From the NCBI GenBank assembly GCA_965216785.1, contig OZ244197.1, positions 1,024,001 to 1,088,000 of the forward strand: a stretch of 64,000 bases of DNA, read 5' to 3'. The number at the start of each line of letters is the position of its first letter. The first letter of the stretch is position 1. Under the pieces are notes generated by a model. The model did no database searches. It was not told the DNA's origin and saw only the letters and a list, made by a program, of their open reading frames with translations. The translations under genes and the position numbers were made by a program. Positions 29,753 to 39,650 of the stretch are shown here, piece after piece. This stretch comes from Thermodesulfobacteriota bacterium (lineage in GTDB: Bacteria; Desulfobacterota_D; UBA1144; Nemesobacterales; UBA2774).

Positions 29753-30712
29753 ATGAGAAAGTTTCTATTATTAACTTTAATGTCAGTAAGCGTTTGCTTT
29801 GCATACAGCCAGATTACTTTTGCTGCTTGCGGCGGCGGACCTACGGTATATACGTGCGACACTGCCGATCCCAACCCCGACCCCACAGGTATTCAGGAGG
29901 AGACTAACGACAACACCCTTACCGTTAACGTATTGCCCGGAGCTGGCATTGATACCGCTTCGGGAAACGGTGGAAGTGCGATTGATCTGGGCGACGGCGG
30001 AAATACCATAACAGTAGACAACGGAAACTTAATTGGTGCAGATGACGCCGTCGAATCCGCATTTGGTAATGATATGGTAGACATTCTTGGCTCCGACTTA
30101 ACAGCAGGTGACGACTGTGTAGAAACCAGTAGTGGAAACGATACCGTTAACATGACTGATACGACCTGCTTACTAGTTGGTAATGCAGGCGATGGGTTGG
30201 AGCTAGCCAGCGGTAACGACACGGCAAGCGTTCTGCGCTCAACGATAACATGTAATCCTACCAACTCTGGCTGCGAGGCGATAGAAGGCGGTAACGGAGA
30301 AGACGATGTAACCGTTGTGGAATCAACACTCCGAGGCGGTGGTGTCAATCCGGATGCTATTGCGCTGGGCGGCGGTAACGATATTGCAACATTAGGCACA
30401 GGGTCTAACCTTGAAGGCTTGATTGACTGTGGTAGCAATTTCGACACTCTCATTTTCGCTATGGACGTGCCTGAGGAAGCGGTCGGTCTTATTACTTCGC
30501 AAATTCTAGCAGCAGGTCTCCCCGACGGCAGCATCAGCATAAACAACCTTTTCTATGAGTGGGAAAACTGCGAGCTTCTTGTACCGCAATTAAACGGCGT
30601 ACAAAACGTGAGACCAATCCCCACCCTATCTGAATGGGGACTTATAGCTATGGCTGGAGTATTAGGTCTGGTTGGTTTACTCGCTGTCAGAAGAAAGAAA
30701 GTAACAGCATAA
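29753..30712 (+). CDS. IPTL-CTERM surface protein with RTX-like GND repeats
   Basis: Signal peptide, SGNDT/GGND repeats and RPIPTLSEWG-TM-RRKK; paralog of 6197..7231. Confidence 0.9.
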   Translation: MRKFLLLTLMSVSVCFAYSQITFAACGGGPTVYTCDTADPNPDPTGIQEETNDNTLTVNVLPGAGIDTASGNGGSAIDLGDGGNTITVDNGNLIGADDAVESAFGNDMVDILGSDLTAGDDCVETSSGNDTVNMTDTTCLLVGNAGDGLELASGNDTASVLRSTITCNPTNSGCEAIEGGNGEDDVTVVESTLRGGGVNPDAIALGGGNDIATLGTGSNLEGLIDCGSNFDTLIFAMDVPEEAVGLITSQILAAGLPDGSISINNLFYEWENCELLVPQLNGVQNVRPIPTLSEWGLIAMAGVLGLVGLLAVRRKKVTA

Positions 30713-30746
30713 TCAGAAATTAACTTAAACAGTACGGTTTATACTT

Positions 30747-30773
30747 AAAAAGGGGAGCTTCGGCTCCCTTTTT
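30747..30773 (+). terminator. IPTL-type terminator GGGAGC-TTCG-GCTCCC-T run
   Basis: cUUCGg hairpin followed by a U tract. Confidence 0.85.
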
Positions 30774-30847
30774 CACATGTATAAGTAGACAGTTCCGTTG
30801 TACTTGGGAACCGCAGCTTTAGCGGGAAAATGTTTTGTTAATAAGCA

Positions 30848-30876
30848 GATGGGGGCAGACCGAAGCCTGCCCCATC
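30848..30876. terminator. Hairpin downstream of the minus-strand gene pair
   Basis: GATGGGGGCAGACCGAAGCCTGCCCCATC; U tract weak. Confidence 0.5.
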
Positions 30877-30906
30877 CGCACAATCGCCGAGTTCTGTAAA
30901 TTATCG

Positions 30907-32574
30907 TCAGTTAATAACAGCGCCGTCCGGTATATTAGCAAACGAGCGTATCCTTACGCCATCGCCTATGGTTACATCCATGCCGATTCGCACAAAAGCG
31001 CCGATCCGTACGCTGTTGCCGATCACGGTGTTTGCTCCAATCCTCGTGAATGCTCTCACTCTGGTTCCGTCTCCGATACTGACGTTATCACCGATCCTGA
31101 CCGCGAACCCTATTCGTGAATTCATTCCCACTGTGACACCTGAGCCAAGGTTTGAAAATGCCCGGACCCTTGCGCCGTCGCCTATTTCAGAGCCTTCTCC
31201 GACCTGCACGAATATGCCAATAAGCGCGTTGTCACCGATTGTAGAGTGATCGCCCAATACGGCGCCGCTGCGTATTGTTGCACCCTCGCCAATTAAAACT
31301 CCTTCACCGATAGTTACGTTATTTCCGATGTTGGCAGTCGGAGAAACGCAGGCGTCGCCAAACCCGTCCATATTGGTGTCTTCCTGGCCGGGGTTGGCAA
31401 GGAACGGACAGTTGTCTACGTCGCCGCAAACGCCGTCGCCATCTATGTCGTTATCCGGGTCGGCAGGGCACGCGTCGCAAGCGTCCCCAAGCCCGTCACC
31501 GTCCTCATCTTCCTGCCCCGGGTTTGGATCGGCAGGGCAGTTGTCCGCGCTGTCCGGAACGCCGTCGCCGTCACTATCAACGGCTGTTTCCGTTCTCGCG
31601 GGCAGACTGTCGTTTATCCCCAGCCTTACGAAACAGTAATCTTCCGAGCCGCATGATATAAAAACCTCTTCGTCATCGAAAAGACCTACCTCGTAATTCG
31701 AAACCGCACCAAACGCGAAGTACGGAGGGCCGTAATCATCCCGGATGTTCATCACCACTACATCCGATGCCGTCTCAGTGCCTACCGTGCTGTATAAACC
31801 GTAAACCTCGTCGGGAAGAAAATCGTCCAGGCTCGAGCCCGGAGCGCCGGTGAGTATCCCGCTGCAGCCAGGAGCCGTGCAGATGGCTTGTCTTGCGTAC
31901 ATATTCGCACCGTACGTAAATCCGAGGGAATCGGAAATATGTAGATTCCCTGAAAGGAAGTCGTGATCTATAACGCTGCGCGGGCTGGGACAATCATTGA
32001 CCGGCGTTATGACCAATATTCCTTCTTTGTCATCTAAGTCGGCCTCCGGTATATCGTTGCCATCGTTAGAGACAATGCTGCTCAAGTCGTACACGTGCGT
32101 GTCATTGGCTGTATATCTGTCGCAGAAGTCCCGTATCTCTACGCAGTCTTCGTTAAGAATCTGGATGTGCACGTTTAACACTCCTCCGGGGGTTAGCATC
32201 CCTGAGTTATCGGAAGAGTTCGTGACCTGGATCTTAGTGTTTCTACCCTCTGTGCGGGTCCACCATGTTATTAGCTGTGTCCCTATTTCGTTTGAGGGCG
32301 AAGAGGTGGCTATTGAGGATGTGCCTCCTCTTGTATGCATCCAGTCCAGACCTCCCGTGAAGCTTGTGGGTGTGCGCTCGAAAACGCCTATCATCGCAGC
32401 CGAGAAATTAGGGGTAGTCGGAGTGATGTCGAGATTTAACATCCCATCTGTATAGGGTACGCCCGAGCAGAAGAGGTTATTGTCACCTACCTGAGCATTC
32501 GCGCGTATAGTTGTTACGCATATGAACACCAGTAGTAAAACCGTCATGAAAAAACGTCCGGATAAAATGTTCAT
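30907..32574 (-). CDS. Secreted protein: unknown N-terminal domain + thrombospondin type 3 repeats + C-terminal hexapeptide (left-handed beta-helix) repeat
   Basis: DSDGDGVPDSADNCP..PNPGQED repeats and (I/V)G(D/E/N)xx hexapeptides; GGAGG RBS supports a start at 32574. Confidence 0.85.
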   Translation of the reverse strand: MNILSGRFFMTVLLLVFICVTTIRANAQVGDNNLFCSGVPYTDGMLNLDITPTTPNFSAAMIGVFERTPTSFTGGLDWMHTRGGTSSIATSSPSNEIGTQLITWWTRTEGRNTKIQVTNSSDNSGMLTPGGVLNVHIQILNEDCVEIRDFCDRYTANDTHVYDLSSIVSNDGNDIPEADLDDKEGILVITPVNDCPSPRSVIDHDFLSGNLHISDSLGFTYGANMYARQAICTAPGCSGILTGAPGSSLDDFLPDEVYGLYSTVGTETASDVVVMNIRDDYGPPYFAFGAVSNYEVGLFDDEEVFISCGSEDYCFVRLGINDSLPARTETAVDSDGDGVPDSADNCPADPNPGQEDEDGDGLGDACDACPADPDNDIDGDGVCGDVDNCPFLANPGQEDTNMDGFGDACVSPTANIGNNVTIGEGVLIGEGATIRSGAVLGDHSTIGDNALIGIFVQVGEGSEIGDGARVRAFSNLGSGVTVGMNSRIGFAVRIGDNVSIGDGTRVRAFTRIGANTVIGNSVRIGAFVRIGMDVTIGDGVRIRSFANIPDGAVIN

Positions 32575-32651
32575 TGCCGGTCCTCCCTCTTTAAATACTT
32601 TCTTCAAACCTCTTGTCGTCTCTGATGCTTTCTTTTTTATTTGTCCTTTTC

Positions 32652-33644
32652 TCATGGCGTAGTACCTCCTTCCCACCAGGAGTCAAACGAGCTTGAGCTT
32701 GCGCCGTTCGTAAGCCCGATAAACCCCGTGAAATGGGTATTAAACGCGCAGGTACCGTCCGCCTCGCCGACGATTGGGTCGCTGCAGATAAAGTCCTCAA
32801 ACGGCATGTATAGATGGCCAGAGTCATTGGTGGCGCTGATCGTACTTGAGAGGCAAGCTTCGTTTGGGTCTCCCTTGGTGTTAGGCAGTGAGAGGTCTAT
32901 GGCTATGTTCGCGCTGCCGTCGCTGCAGTTAAATTCCCTGGGAGAGCATGAAGACGGGGTCTCGTTTTCATCATAGATTATTATCTGATCCGGGGTGGTC
33001 GCTCCCCCGAAGACTGAACGAACGCCGGGGCTTGCGTAGACGGTGTCGTGGGTAATCTCCGCATAGGTGAATCCTATGAGCTCTGAGAAACTGCTGCCGT
33101 TAGCGCTGCTGAAATTGATAATGCCTGCCGCGCTCGAGTCGGTCGATGTCGACTCGGGAGCCGCGGCGTTTGCCCTGTACTCATAGCCAGCGTCGTCGAT
33201 AATCCGCATCGTCCCGGTAAGCGAGTTCGAGGGGCCCGACGACAGCGAAATCACCACAAACCCGTAGAGGTCAGGATCTAAAGTAATTCCGAAAGCAGCA
33301 TCGTTCAGGACGATATTAGACATATCGTACGTGTGAACGTCTACAGCCGTGTAGGTGTCGAAAAAATCAATTTCTTCGCAGCTGACTATTGTAGAATTAA
33401 CCGTAAATATCTGAACGTGGACGGTTAACGGGGTGAACGTCAGATTTGCGAGCTGGATATAGCTCTTTCTCGCCCTTGTGTCGAAATAATACACCAGTCT
33501 GTCAGCCCCCCCGTCGGTCAGCTGTATCGGACCCGGGGACCCCGCACCGGCCGCTGGCACCAGTGTGCAAAAAAGAATTAAAACGGGAAAGAAATACTTA
33601 CATAGCAAACGCTTAGAATATACTAAGTGTGTATGCTCCATCAT
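32652..33644 (-). CDS. Secreted hypothetical protein, paralogous to the N-domain of the downstream gene
   Basis: IQLAN...VHVQIF...CEEIDFFDTYT..DVHTYDMSNIV aligns with IQVTN...VHIQIL...C.EIRDFCDRYT..DTHVYDLSSIV; GGAGG RBS. Confidence 0.8.
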   Translation of the reverse strand: MMEHTHLVYSKRLLCKYFFPVLILFCTLVPAAGAGSPGPIQLTDGGADRLVYYFDTRARKSYIQLANLTFTPLTVHVQIFTVNSTIVSCEEIDFFDTYTAVDVHTYDMSNIVLNDAAFGITLDPDLYGFVVISLSSGPSNSLTGTMRIIDDAGYEYRANAAAPESTSTDSSAAGIINFSSANGSSFSELIGFTYAEITHDTVYASPGVRSVFGGATTPDQIIIYDENETPSSCSPREFNCSDGSANIAIDLSLPNTKGDPNEACLSSTISATNDSGHLYMPFEDFICSDPIVGEADGTCAFNTHFTGFIGLTNGASSSSFDSWWEGGTTP

Positions 33645-33943
33645 ACGCCTCCATTAATAATAGATTTTTACAAAGCCGCTAACTTTGACGTTTATGCTCA
33701 AAGAAAAAAACAGCCATGACTTAAACTGCAAATTTCAAATCTATTAGTTCGGCGGTCTAATGAACGTAATTATTCATTACCCGGAGAGGCAGTGGTGCGT
33801 ATTCCTTTAATGGAGTGTGTGCCTTAGCTTCTCTGTATAAAACCCTGCTGTGCCTTTGCTGAACTGATATGTTACTTATACGCGATCTTAAATTATAAGA
33901 CCCGTTGACCCATCATTCCTCTCCCCCCAAAGGGGATATCCCG

Positions 33944-33972
33944 ATTATATCTTATTCTTTTTTTTAGAACAA
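33944..33972 (-). promoter_or_regulatory. Sigma70-like promoter
   Basis: TTGTTC-17bp-TATAAT on the minus strand. Confidence 0.5.
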
Positions 33973-34159
33973 GTGTTTTAAAATTACTATATGAGATTTA
34001 ATTATTGTATATAGACAATATGTCGTTGATCTCAGTTTATCCGCTTAGAATGCCGGAGCTCTGAAGCATTGCAATCCCTTTATTGCGCATGACTTAACAT
34101 GTATTCTATGTTGCTAAGTAATCAAACTGAGAACTGTGATAATTAAGGAGAGTGAGCGA

Positions 34160-34714
34160 ATGACAAATCCTAGCCCGTCCGAGTTTAGCGCCGGTAGTAC
34201 AGATCAAGAAAGCGCGCTTGCCAAGCGCATACGCGTTGACGAGGCGCTTTTTCTGAGCCTGATCGCGCTATCGACCATAGGTATAGGGATTACCAATTTC
34301 TGGCCTGTAGAGAGTTTTTGGTTCTGGGCCGCCATGGTGCCGGTGTTCGGCTTAACGAGCATTTACCTGGGCTGGTCAAAAGCCCGGCAAAGGGGCGAGG
34401 GAGTAGCCAGGATCATACGCATCCAGGTGCTTCACTGGATCGGCTTATTAGCGGCGCTAATTCTTATTTATTACCTGTTCAAGCCCACGGGGCGGATAGA
34501 TTACAACCAGCTCGCTCTTATCACGCTCCTGGCGCTCGCGCTAACCACGTTCCTTGCCGGGGTGCATTTTGACTGGCGCTTCATGGTGGTGGGGGTTATT
34601 CTCGGGTTTGCTGTCGCCGGGGCCGCGTTCCTGGAGCAGTTCATATGGGTGATCATCATCCCCGTCGTAGCGGCGATAGGGCTTATAGTCTTTTGGTGGC
34701 AGAGAAAGCTGTAG
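34160..34714 (+). CDS. Hypothetical multi-pass membrane protein
   Basis: About 6 TM helices; QVLHWIG and FLAGVH segments; GGAG RBS before ATG 34160. Confidence 0.8.
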   Translation: MTNPSPSEFSAGSTDQESALAKRIRVDEALFLSLIALSTIGIGITNFWPVESFWFWAAMVPVFGLTSIYLGWSKARQRGEGVARIIRIQVLHWIGLLAALILIYYLFKPTGRIDYNQLALITLLALALTTFLAGVHFDWRFMVVGVILGFAVAGAAFLEQFIWVIIIPVVAAIGLIVFWWQRKL

Positions 34715-34969
34715 AGCGTCTGCAAGTGCGTAGCCGTTATCGTTTACTCTCCTGAGCGCTTCGCTGCTTAAACACTATAAATTATATAATACATCGGTAG
34801 ACTATCCGGGGTTTCATTATACAATTACCTGTCAATTATGTTCCTGATTGTTGCTATTAGTTAACCAGTTTGGTGTGAAATGAATCGATGGTTATGTGTC
34901 TAGGTCCTGCCGCCGAATTTTTAAAGTAACTACAGTGATTGTTAGATCTAATTTTAAGGTGTATATAAC

Positions 34970-36955
34970 ATGGGAATTGAGCTTCTGACCGATATTTTAA
35001 TCATATTTAGTATTTCCGTAGTCGTGCTTTACATTTGTCATCGTCTTAGCATTCCTACAATCGTCGGATTCCTCATAAGCGGTATATTAGCCGGGCCTCA
35101 CGGGCTAGGGTTGATCGGTGCGGTTCATGAAGTTGAGCTTTTAGCGGAAGTCGGCGTTGTGTTACTGCTTTTTACTATCGGGATTGAACTATCTTTCGCA
35201 AAGTTACTGAAAATTAGAAAAACAGTCCTTGTGGGCGGCGCTATACAGGTGTCCCTGACCATATTGGCCACATTTTTAGTAGCTAAGCAACTTGGGTATG
35301 GTCTTGGCGAGGCTATATTTTTAGGGTTTCTTATCTCTCTTAGCAGTACCGCGATCGTACTAAAGCTGATCCAGGAGAGATCGGAAGTCGATACCCCCTA
35401 TGGACGCGCAACACTTGGTATTTTGATATTCCAGGATGTAATTATTGTCGCAATGATATTGGCTACACCCCTTCTTTCCATAGCAAGGCTAAGCCTTGAC
35501 GGGTCTGTAATGCTTGCCTTATTAAAAGGAATCGGGGTAATTCTGCTAGTGATCGTAGCCGCTAGGTGGATTGTGCCCCGGGTTTTGTATCAGATTGCCA
35601 AGACCAGAAACAGAGAAGTCTTTTTGTTAAGTATTTTTGTAATATGCCTCGCCGTTGCCTGGGCAACTTCCAGTGTGGGGTTTTCCCTTTCAATAGGCGC
35701 GTTTTTAGCGGGCTTAATTATTTCGGAGTCAGAGTATGGTCATGAAGCTCTGAGTAACGTGCTCCCATTTCGCGATATCTTCACAAGCTTCTTTTTTATC
35801 TCCATCGGTATGCTGCTCAATATCGGTTTCCTTTTCGAGCAAACAGTGCTCGTCGTGCTGATCGCTTTTGGGGTTCTATTTGCCAAGTCCGTCATTGCGG
35901 GTTTGGCGGCGGTTTTGCTGGGACTCCCCCTGCGCACATCGCTCTTAGTCGGTCTTGCGCTTTGTCAGGTGGGAGAATTTTCGTTTATTTTATCCGAGAC
36001 CGGTATCGAAAACGGATTACTTGATGAAAGTTCATATCAAATGTTTCTTGCGGTATCCGTGCTTACAATGCTGGTAACGCCGTTTATCATCATTTTAGCT
36101 CCCCGCTTTGCGGATTCAATTTTACGGCTGCCAATTCCCGGCAAGTTAAGATCGGGTTTCTATCCGTTAACCGAAGTCAATTTTCAAACTAAGAAAGACC
36201 ATCTTATAATCATAGGCTATGGATTGAACGGCAGAAATATCGCGCGAGCGGCCAGGGCAGCCGGCATTCCCTATGTAATTATTGAGATGAATCCCGACAC
36301 AGTAAAAAGCGAGCAGGCAAAAGGTGAGCCGATTTACTATGGCGACGCGACTAGGGAGACAATACTTGAGCATGCCAACATCAAGGATGCGAGGATTGTC
36401 GTGTCCGTAGTTAACGACCCTGCTTCAAACCGAAGGATTGTCGAATTATCCAGAAGACTTAATCCGGAAGGTTATGTTGTCTCGAGAACTAGATATGTTA
36501 ACGAGGTGAAACCACTTTATGAAATAGGTGCGGACGAAGTCGTCCCTGAAGAGTTTGAGACGTCTATCGAGATTTTCACGCGGGTTTTGGAAAAGTATCT
36601 TATACCTAAGGGTAATATTGAGGGGCTTATAGCCGAGGTGCGCTCGGATGGGTATAAGATGTTCAGAAATGCTTCCGCGGACGTGTTATCAGCTCCGGAT
36701 TTGAAGATTCAGCTTCCCGATATAAAAATTAGTACGTTATCGGTTGCCGAAAATTCCCCTTTAGTGGGGAAAAGTTTGGCTGAAATGAGGTTAAGGCAAA
36801 GATACGGCATCTTGGTTTTGGCGATACGTCGAAACTCGGAAATCATATCCAACCCGGACAGCAATATGGAGTTTTTAGCCGGGGACGACCTATTTGTGCT
36901 GGGAGCGCCGGATAAGATAGCGGAAATTGACAGTTTAGTACTAAATCCCGAATAG
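34970..36955 (+). CDS. CPA2 (Kef-type) cation:proton antiporter with TrkA-N and TrkA-C domains
   Basis: LSSTAIV, FQD and IIGYGLNG motifs; C-terminal RCK_C domain. Confidence 0.92.
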   Translation: MGIELLTDILIIFSISVVVLYICHRLSIPTIVGFLISGILAGPHGLGLIGAVHEVELLAEVGVVLLLFTIGIELSFAKLLKIRKTVLVGGAIQVSLTILATFLVAKQLGYGLGEAIFLGFLISLSSTAIVLKLIQERSEVDTPYGRATLGILIFQDVIIVAMILATPLLSIARLSLDGSVMLALLKGIGVILLVIVAARWIVPRVLYQIAKTRNREVFLLSIFVICLAVAWATSSVGFSLSIGAFLAGLIISESEYGHEALSNVLPFRDIFTSFFFISIGMLLNIGFLFEQTVLVVLIAFGVLFAKSVIAGLAAVLLGLPLRTSLLVGLALCQVGEFSFILSETGIENGLLDESSYQMFLAVSVLTMLVTPFIIILAPRFADSILRLPIPGKLRSGFYPLTEVNFQTKKDHLIIIGYGLNGRNIARAARAAGIPYVIIEMNPDTVKSEQAKGEPIYYGDATRETILEHANIKDARIVVSVVNDPASNRRIVELSRRLNPEGYVVSRTRYVNEVKPLYEIGADEVVPEEFETSIEIFTRVLEKYLIPKGNIEGLIAEVRSDGYKMFRNASADVLSAPDLKIQLPDIKISTLSVAENSPLVGKSLAEMRLRQRYGILVLAIRRNSEIISNPDSNMEFLAGDDLFVLGAPDKIAEIDSLVLNPE

Positions 36956-37057
36956 GGCGGGGGCTGTTATATTAAAACTTGCTCCGCTATTACTAAGGCT
37001 TAAGTGATTGTTGATTATATCGCCGGCAGCCAAGTTTTATAAAAAAGGAAGTCCCTG

Positions 37058-38281
37058 TTAATAAGTAAATCCCCAAACGCTCTGTATTATCAAAAAGCAC
37101 AGGCACAACAGGAACCCGGTTACGGGGATTGCTGTCGGGTAGGTCTTTATTCCCTCCGGGTGAGGGTCTTTTTGCTTCAGCCTCCAAAGCGATAGGTTCA
37201 TGAAGGCAAACACCGTAAGGGTGATAAAGCTTGATATCTCGGCGAGGCGGAGCAGAGGGAGCCAAAGAGCGAGCGCCAAAATGAACGCGGTGATGAAACA
37301 CGTGGCTACAAGCGGCGTCCTGGTAAATCTGTTCACGGATGAGAACACGCGCGGGGCCATCGAGCGTTTGCCCATGCCGTAAAGTATACGAGAGCCCATG
37401 ATTATCTGAATCAGCGCGCCGTTTACTACGGCAACAATGCTTACAAGGCTTATCGGCTTTGATGACAGGTTCGATTTGTATTCGTATATGGCGGCAAGCG
37501 GAGCGTCGCTCCCCGAGAGTACGTCAAGGGGGACTGATAGCACCGCCGTGAGGGAGACGAGGAGATAAAGAAGCGTAGAAATACATAGTGCGAATATAAT
37601 TGCTTTTGGCAGGTTTCGCCTTGGCTCCTTGACCTCCTCCGCTACGTTTACAATATCCTCAAACCCGACAAAGGCATAGAACGCGAGAAACGCGCCGAGC
37701 GATACGGAGATCCATGCCTGAGCCTCAAGGGGCGGGATAAATTCAGAGAACCTATCCGGAAGCTGGGTAAAAGAATCACCCGCGACAACGATTACCGAGA
37801 GGAGCCCCACTATCTCGATTAGCGTTATGATAGAGGCGGCGGTGACAGAGGTCGTGATTCCCCACGCCGCTACGATCCCTAAAAAGATGAGCAATGCGGC
37901 GATAGCGGCCCAATCCGGAATGTTGACGAATATCTTGAAATAGCCGACAAAGCCGTTTGCTATTGTCGCGGCGGACACAGAGCCAATCATGACCACCGAC
38001 CAGCCGATCGCGGCGGATATCCAGCGAAGAGAGAACGCCTCTTGCGCATAGGCAGCTTCACCCGCGCTTTGGGGATAGCGTGAGGATAGCTCGGCGTATG
38101 AGAAGGCGGTGAAGCCCGCGATGACAGAGGCCATCAGAAAAGAAAGTGGGGTAAACATTCCTGATTTTCCCGCGACTTCACCTATCAGAACGTATATGCC
38201 GGCGCCGAGGATCGTACCCAGGCCGTAGAGTGTGACCAGCGGTACGGACAGTGTTCGTTTTAAGGATGTTTCTTGTGGAAT
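37058..38281 (-). CDS. APC-family amino acid permease; probable non-canonical ATT start at 38281
   Basis: The frame extends 41 codons upstream of ATG 38158 and includes LKRTLS...YGLGTILGAGIYVL; also YAELSSRYP and FYAFVGFED. Confidence 0.85.
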   Translation of the reverse strand: MPQETSLKRTLSVPLVTLYGLGTILGAGIYVLIGEVAGKSGMFTPLSFLMASVIAGFTAFSYAELSSRYPQSAGEAAYAQEAFSLRWISAAIGWSVVMIGSVSAATIANGFVGYFKIFVNIPDWAAIAALLIFLGIVAAWGITTSVTAASIITLIEIVGLLSVIVVAGDSFTQLPDRFSEFIPPLEAQAWISVSLGAFLAFYAFVGFEDIVNVAEEVKEPRRNLPKAIIFALCISTLLYLLVSLTAVLSVPLDVLSGSDAPLAAIYEYKSNLSSKPISLVSIVAVVNGALIQIIMGSRILYGMGKRSMAPRVFSSVNRFTRTPLVATCFITAFILALALWLPLLRLAEISSFITLTVFAFMNLSLWRLKQKDPHPEGIKTYPTAIPVTGFLLCLCFLIIQSVWGFTY

Positions 38282-38395
38282 ATTTACGCACCTCTACTTA
38301 TTTATAGACTACTTAATATACTGGTAATAAATAACAGCTAAGATTCTATTTGACTAACTTTAGCAATAAGCACAGAAATTTAATACAATATTATA

Positions 38396-39295
38396 GTGAT
38401 TAGAAAAGATAAACAGCACATCGTCTTTAGAGCCAGCGACGGTTTTGAGATAGACGGTCTCTTGCTTCCTCGGGATGCTGACTCTGAAGAAGAGATATTA
38501 GAAACTCCCATAGTCTTAATTATCCACGGAGAGCTGGGTCATTTTCTCTCACAAGGCACTCCGAGACTTTTGCCTGATTACTTGTATGATAAGGGTATAA
38601 GCTCTTTCGCAATTAATACCAGAATGGCTAATATCGGACAGAAGACTGGTGGGGCTATATTCGATGATGCGATAATGGATATAGAGGCTGCTGTCGAAAT
38701 ACTTAAAGAGGCAGGTTTTCATCGAATATATTTATTGGGTTACAGCCTTGGATCAAATTTAGCTGTTTACTATACTTCTCAATCTCCAGATCCTAATGTT
38801 AAAGGAATAATTCTGGAAGGCTGTACATACTCGCTTCCTGAATCACACAAAAAACGCCTGATGAAATGGGAGAGCGTCCCTTCATATGATGAGATATATG
38901 AGAAAGCAAAGGAGATTTTAAAGCCGGACCCGTATACAAGCTTAAACGATACTCTTTTAGTGGTTTCCCGTGCTTGGGGACCCACATTTAAACCTACGCA
39001 TTTTGGAATATATACCTATAGAACATGGTGGTTTATGAAAGGTCCGGAAGCTACAAAAACCAGAGCATACAAACTAATCTCAAAAGTTAAAGTGCCGATT
39101 CTTTTTCTACGCGGTGAGAATGACCGAATTGTTGAAGACCGGGAAACTACCGAATTAGCGAGCATAGCTCGTGAGGCTGGAAATTCTGATGTAACTATAA
39201 AGTACATTCCGGATGCACGCCACGACTGTATGGAGAATCCCGGTAAAACTATAGAGACAATAACCACCTGGATATCTTTAGTTGATTCGCTGTAA
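38396..39295 (+). CDS. Alpha/beta-fold hydrolase
   Basis: IIHG, GYSLG nucleophile elbow, GENDRIV and ARHD. Confidence 0.85.
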   Translation: MIRKDKQHIVFRASDGFEIDGLLLPRDADSEEEILETPIVLIIHGELGHFLSQGTPRLLPDYLYDKGISSFAINTRMANIGQKTGGAIFDDAIMDIEAAVEILKEAGFHRIYLLGYSLGSNLAVYYTSQSPDPNVKGIILEGCTYSLPESHKKRLMKWESVPSYDEIYEKAKEILKPDPYTSLNDTLLVVSRAWGPTFKPTHFGIYTYRTWWFMKGPEATKTRAYKLISKVKVPILFLRGENDRIVEDRETTELASIAREAGNSDVTIKYIPDARHDCMENPGKTIETITTWISLVDSL

Positions 39296-39345
39296 AAATC
39301 TTATGGCAATATTCCGCTGTTAAACTAGATAGATTTACAGGGAAA

Positions 39346-39371
39346 CAAAAAGGGAGCCGAAGCCCCTTTTT
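39346..39371 (-). terminator. IPTL-type terminator
   Basis: Minus strand AAAAAGGGGC-TTCG-GCTCCCTTTTT. Confidence 0.75.
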
Positions 39372-39395
39372 GTTTCATAAGTGTAATTGGTCACA

Positions 39396-39581
39396 TTAAG
39401 ATGTGTATTTCCTTCTTCTCATTACGAGTAAACCGATTATCCCGAGTACTCCGGCCATAGCTATCAGACCCCACTCAGACAGTGCGGGGATGGGGCGCGC
39501 CACGATTTGGTTTGAAAAAATACAGGTTGCCTGATAGCCTGATAAACACTCAAGCTCTATAAAAGAAAGAAGCGAATCAAA
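39396..39581 (-). pseudogene. 5'-truncated IPTL-CTERM gene remnant (not in ORF track)
   Basis: Translates FDSLLSFIELECLSGYQATCIFSNQIVARPIPALSEWGLIAMAGVLGIIGLLVMRRRKYTS*; in-frame TAA upstream and no signal peptide. Confidence 0.85.
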
Positions 39582-39650
39582 TTATGCTTTGTTTTAGATG
39601 CTGGTTGACTATAATAAACTCTAAACGCTAAATAAGCTGGAGGATGCGAC

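Noticed and set aside
29494-29907. 137-aa ORF upstream of and overlapping the IPTL gene
   Set aside because: AT-rich promoter DNA overlapping a better-supported gene out of frame.
33780-33870. c-di-GMP-I riboswitch (GCAAAG/GCTAAG words)
   Set aside because: The GNRA-capped P2 stem and the P1 pairing could not be built.
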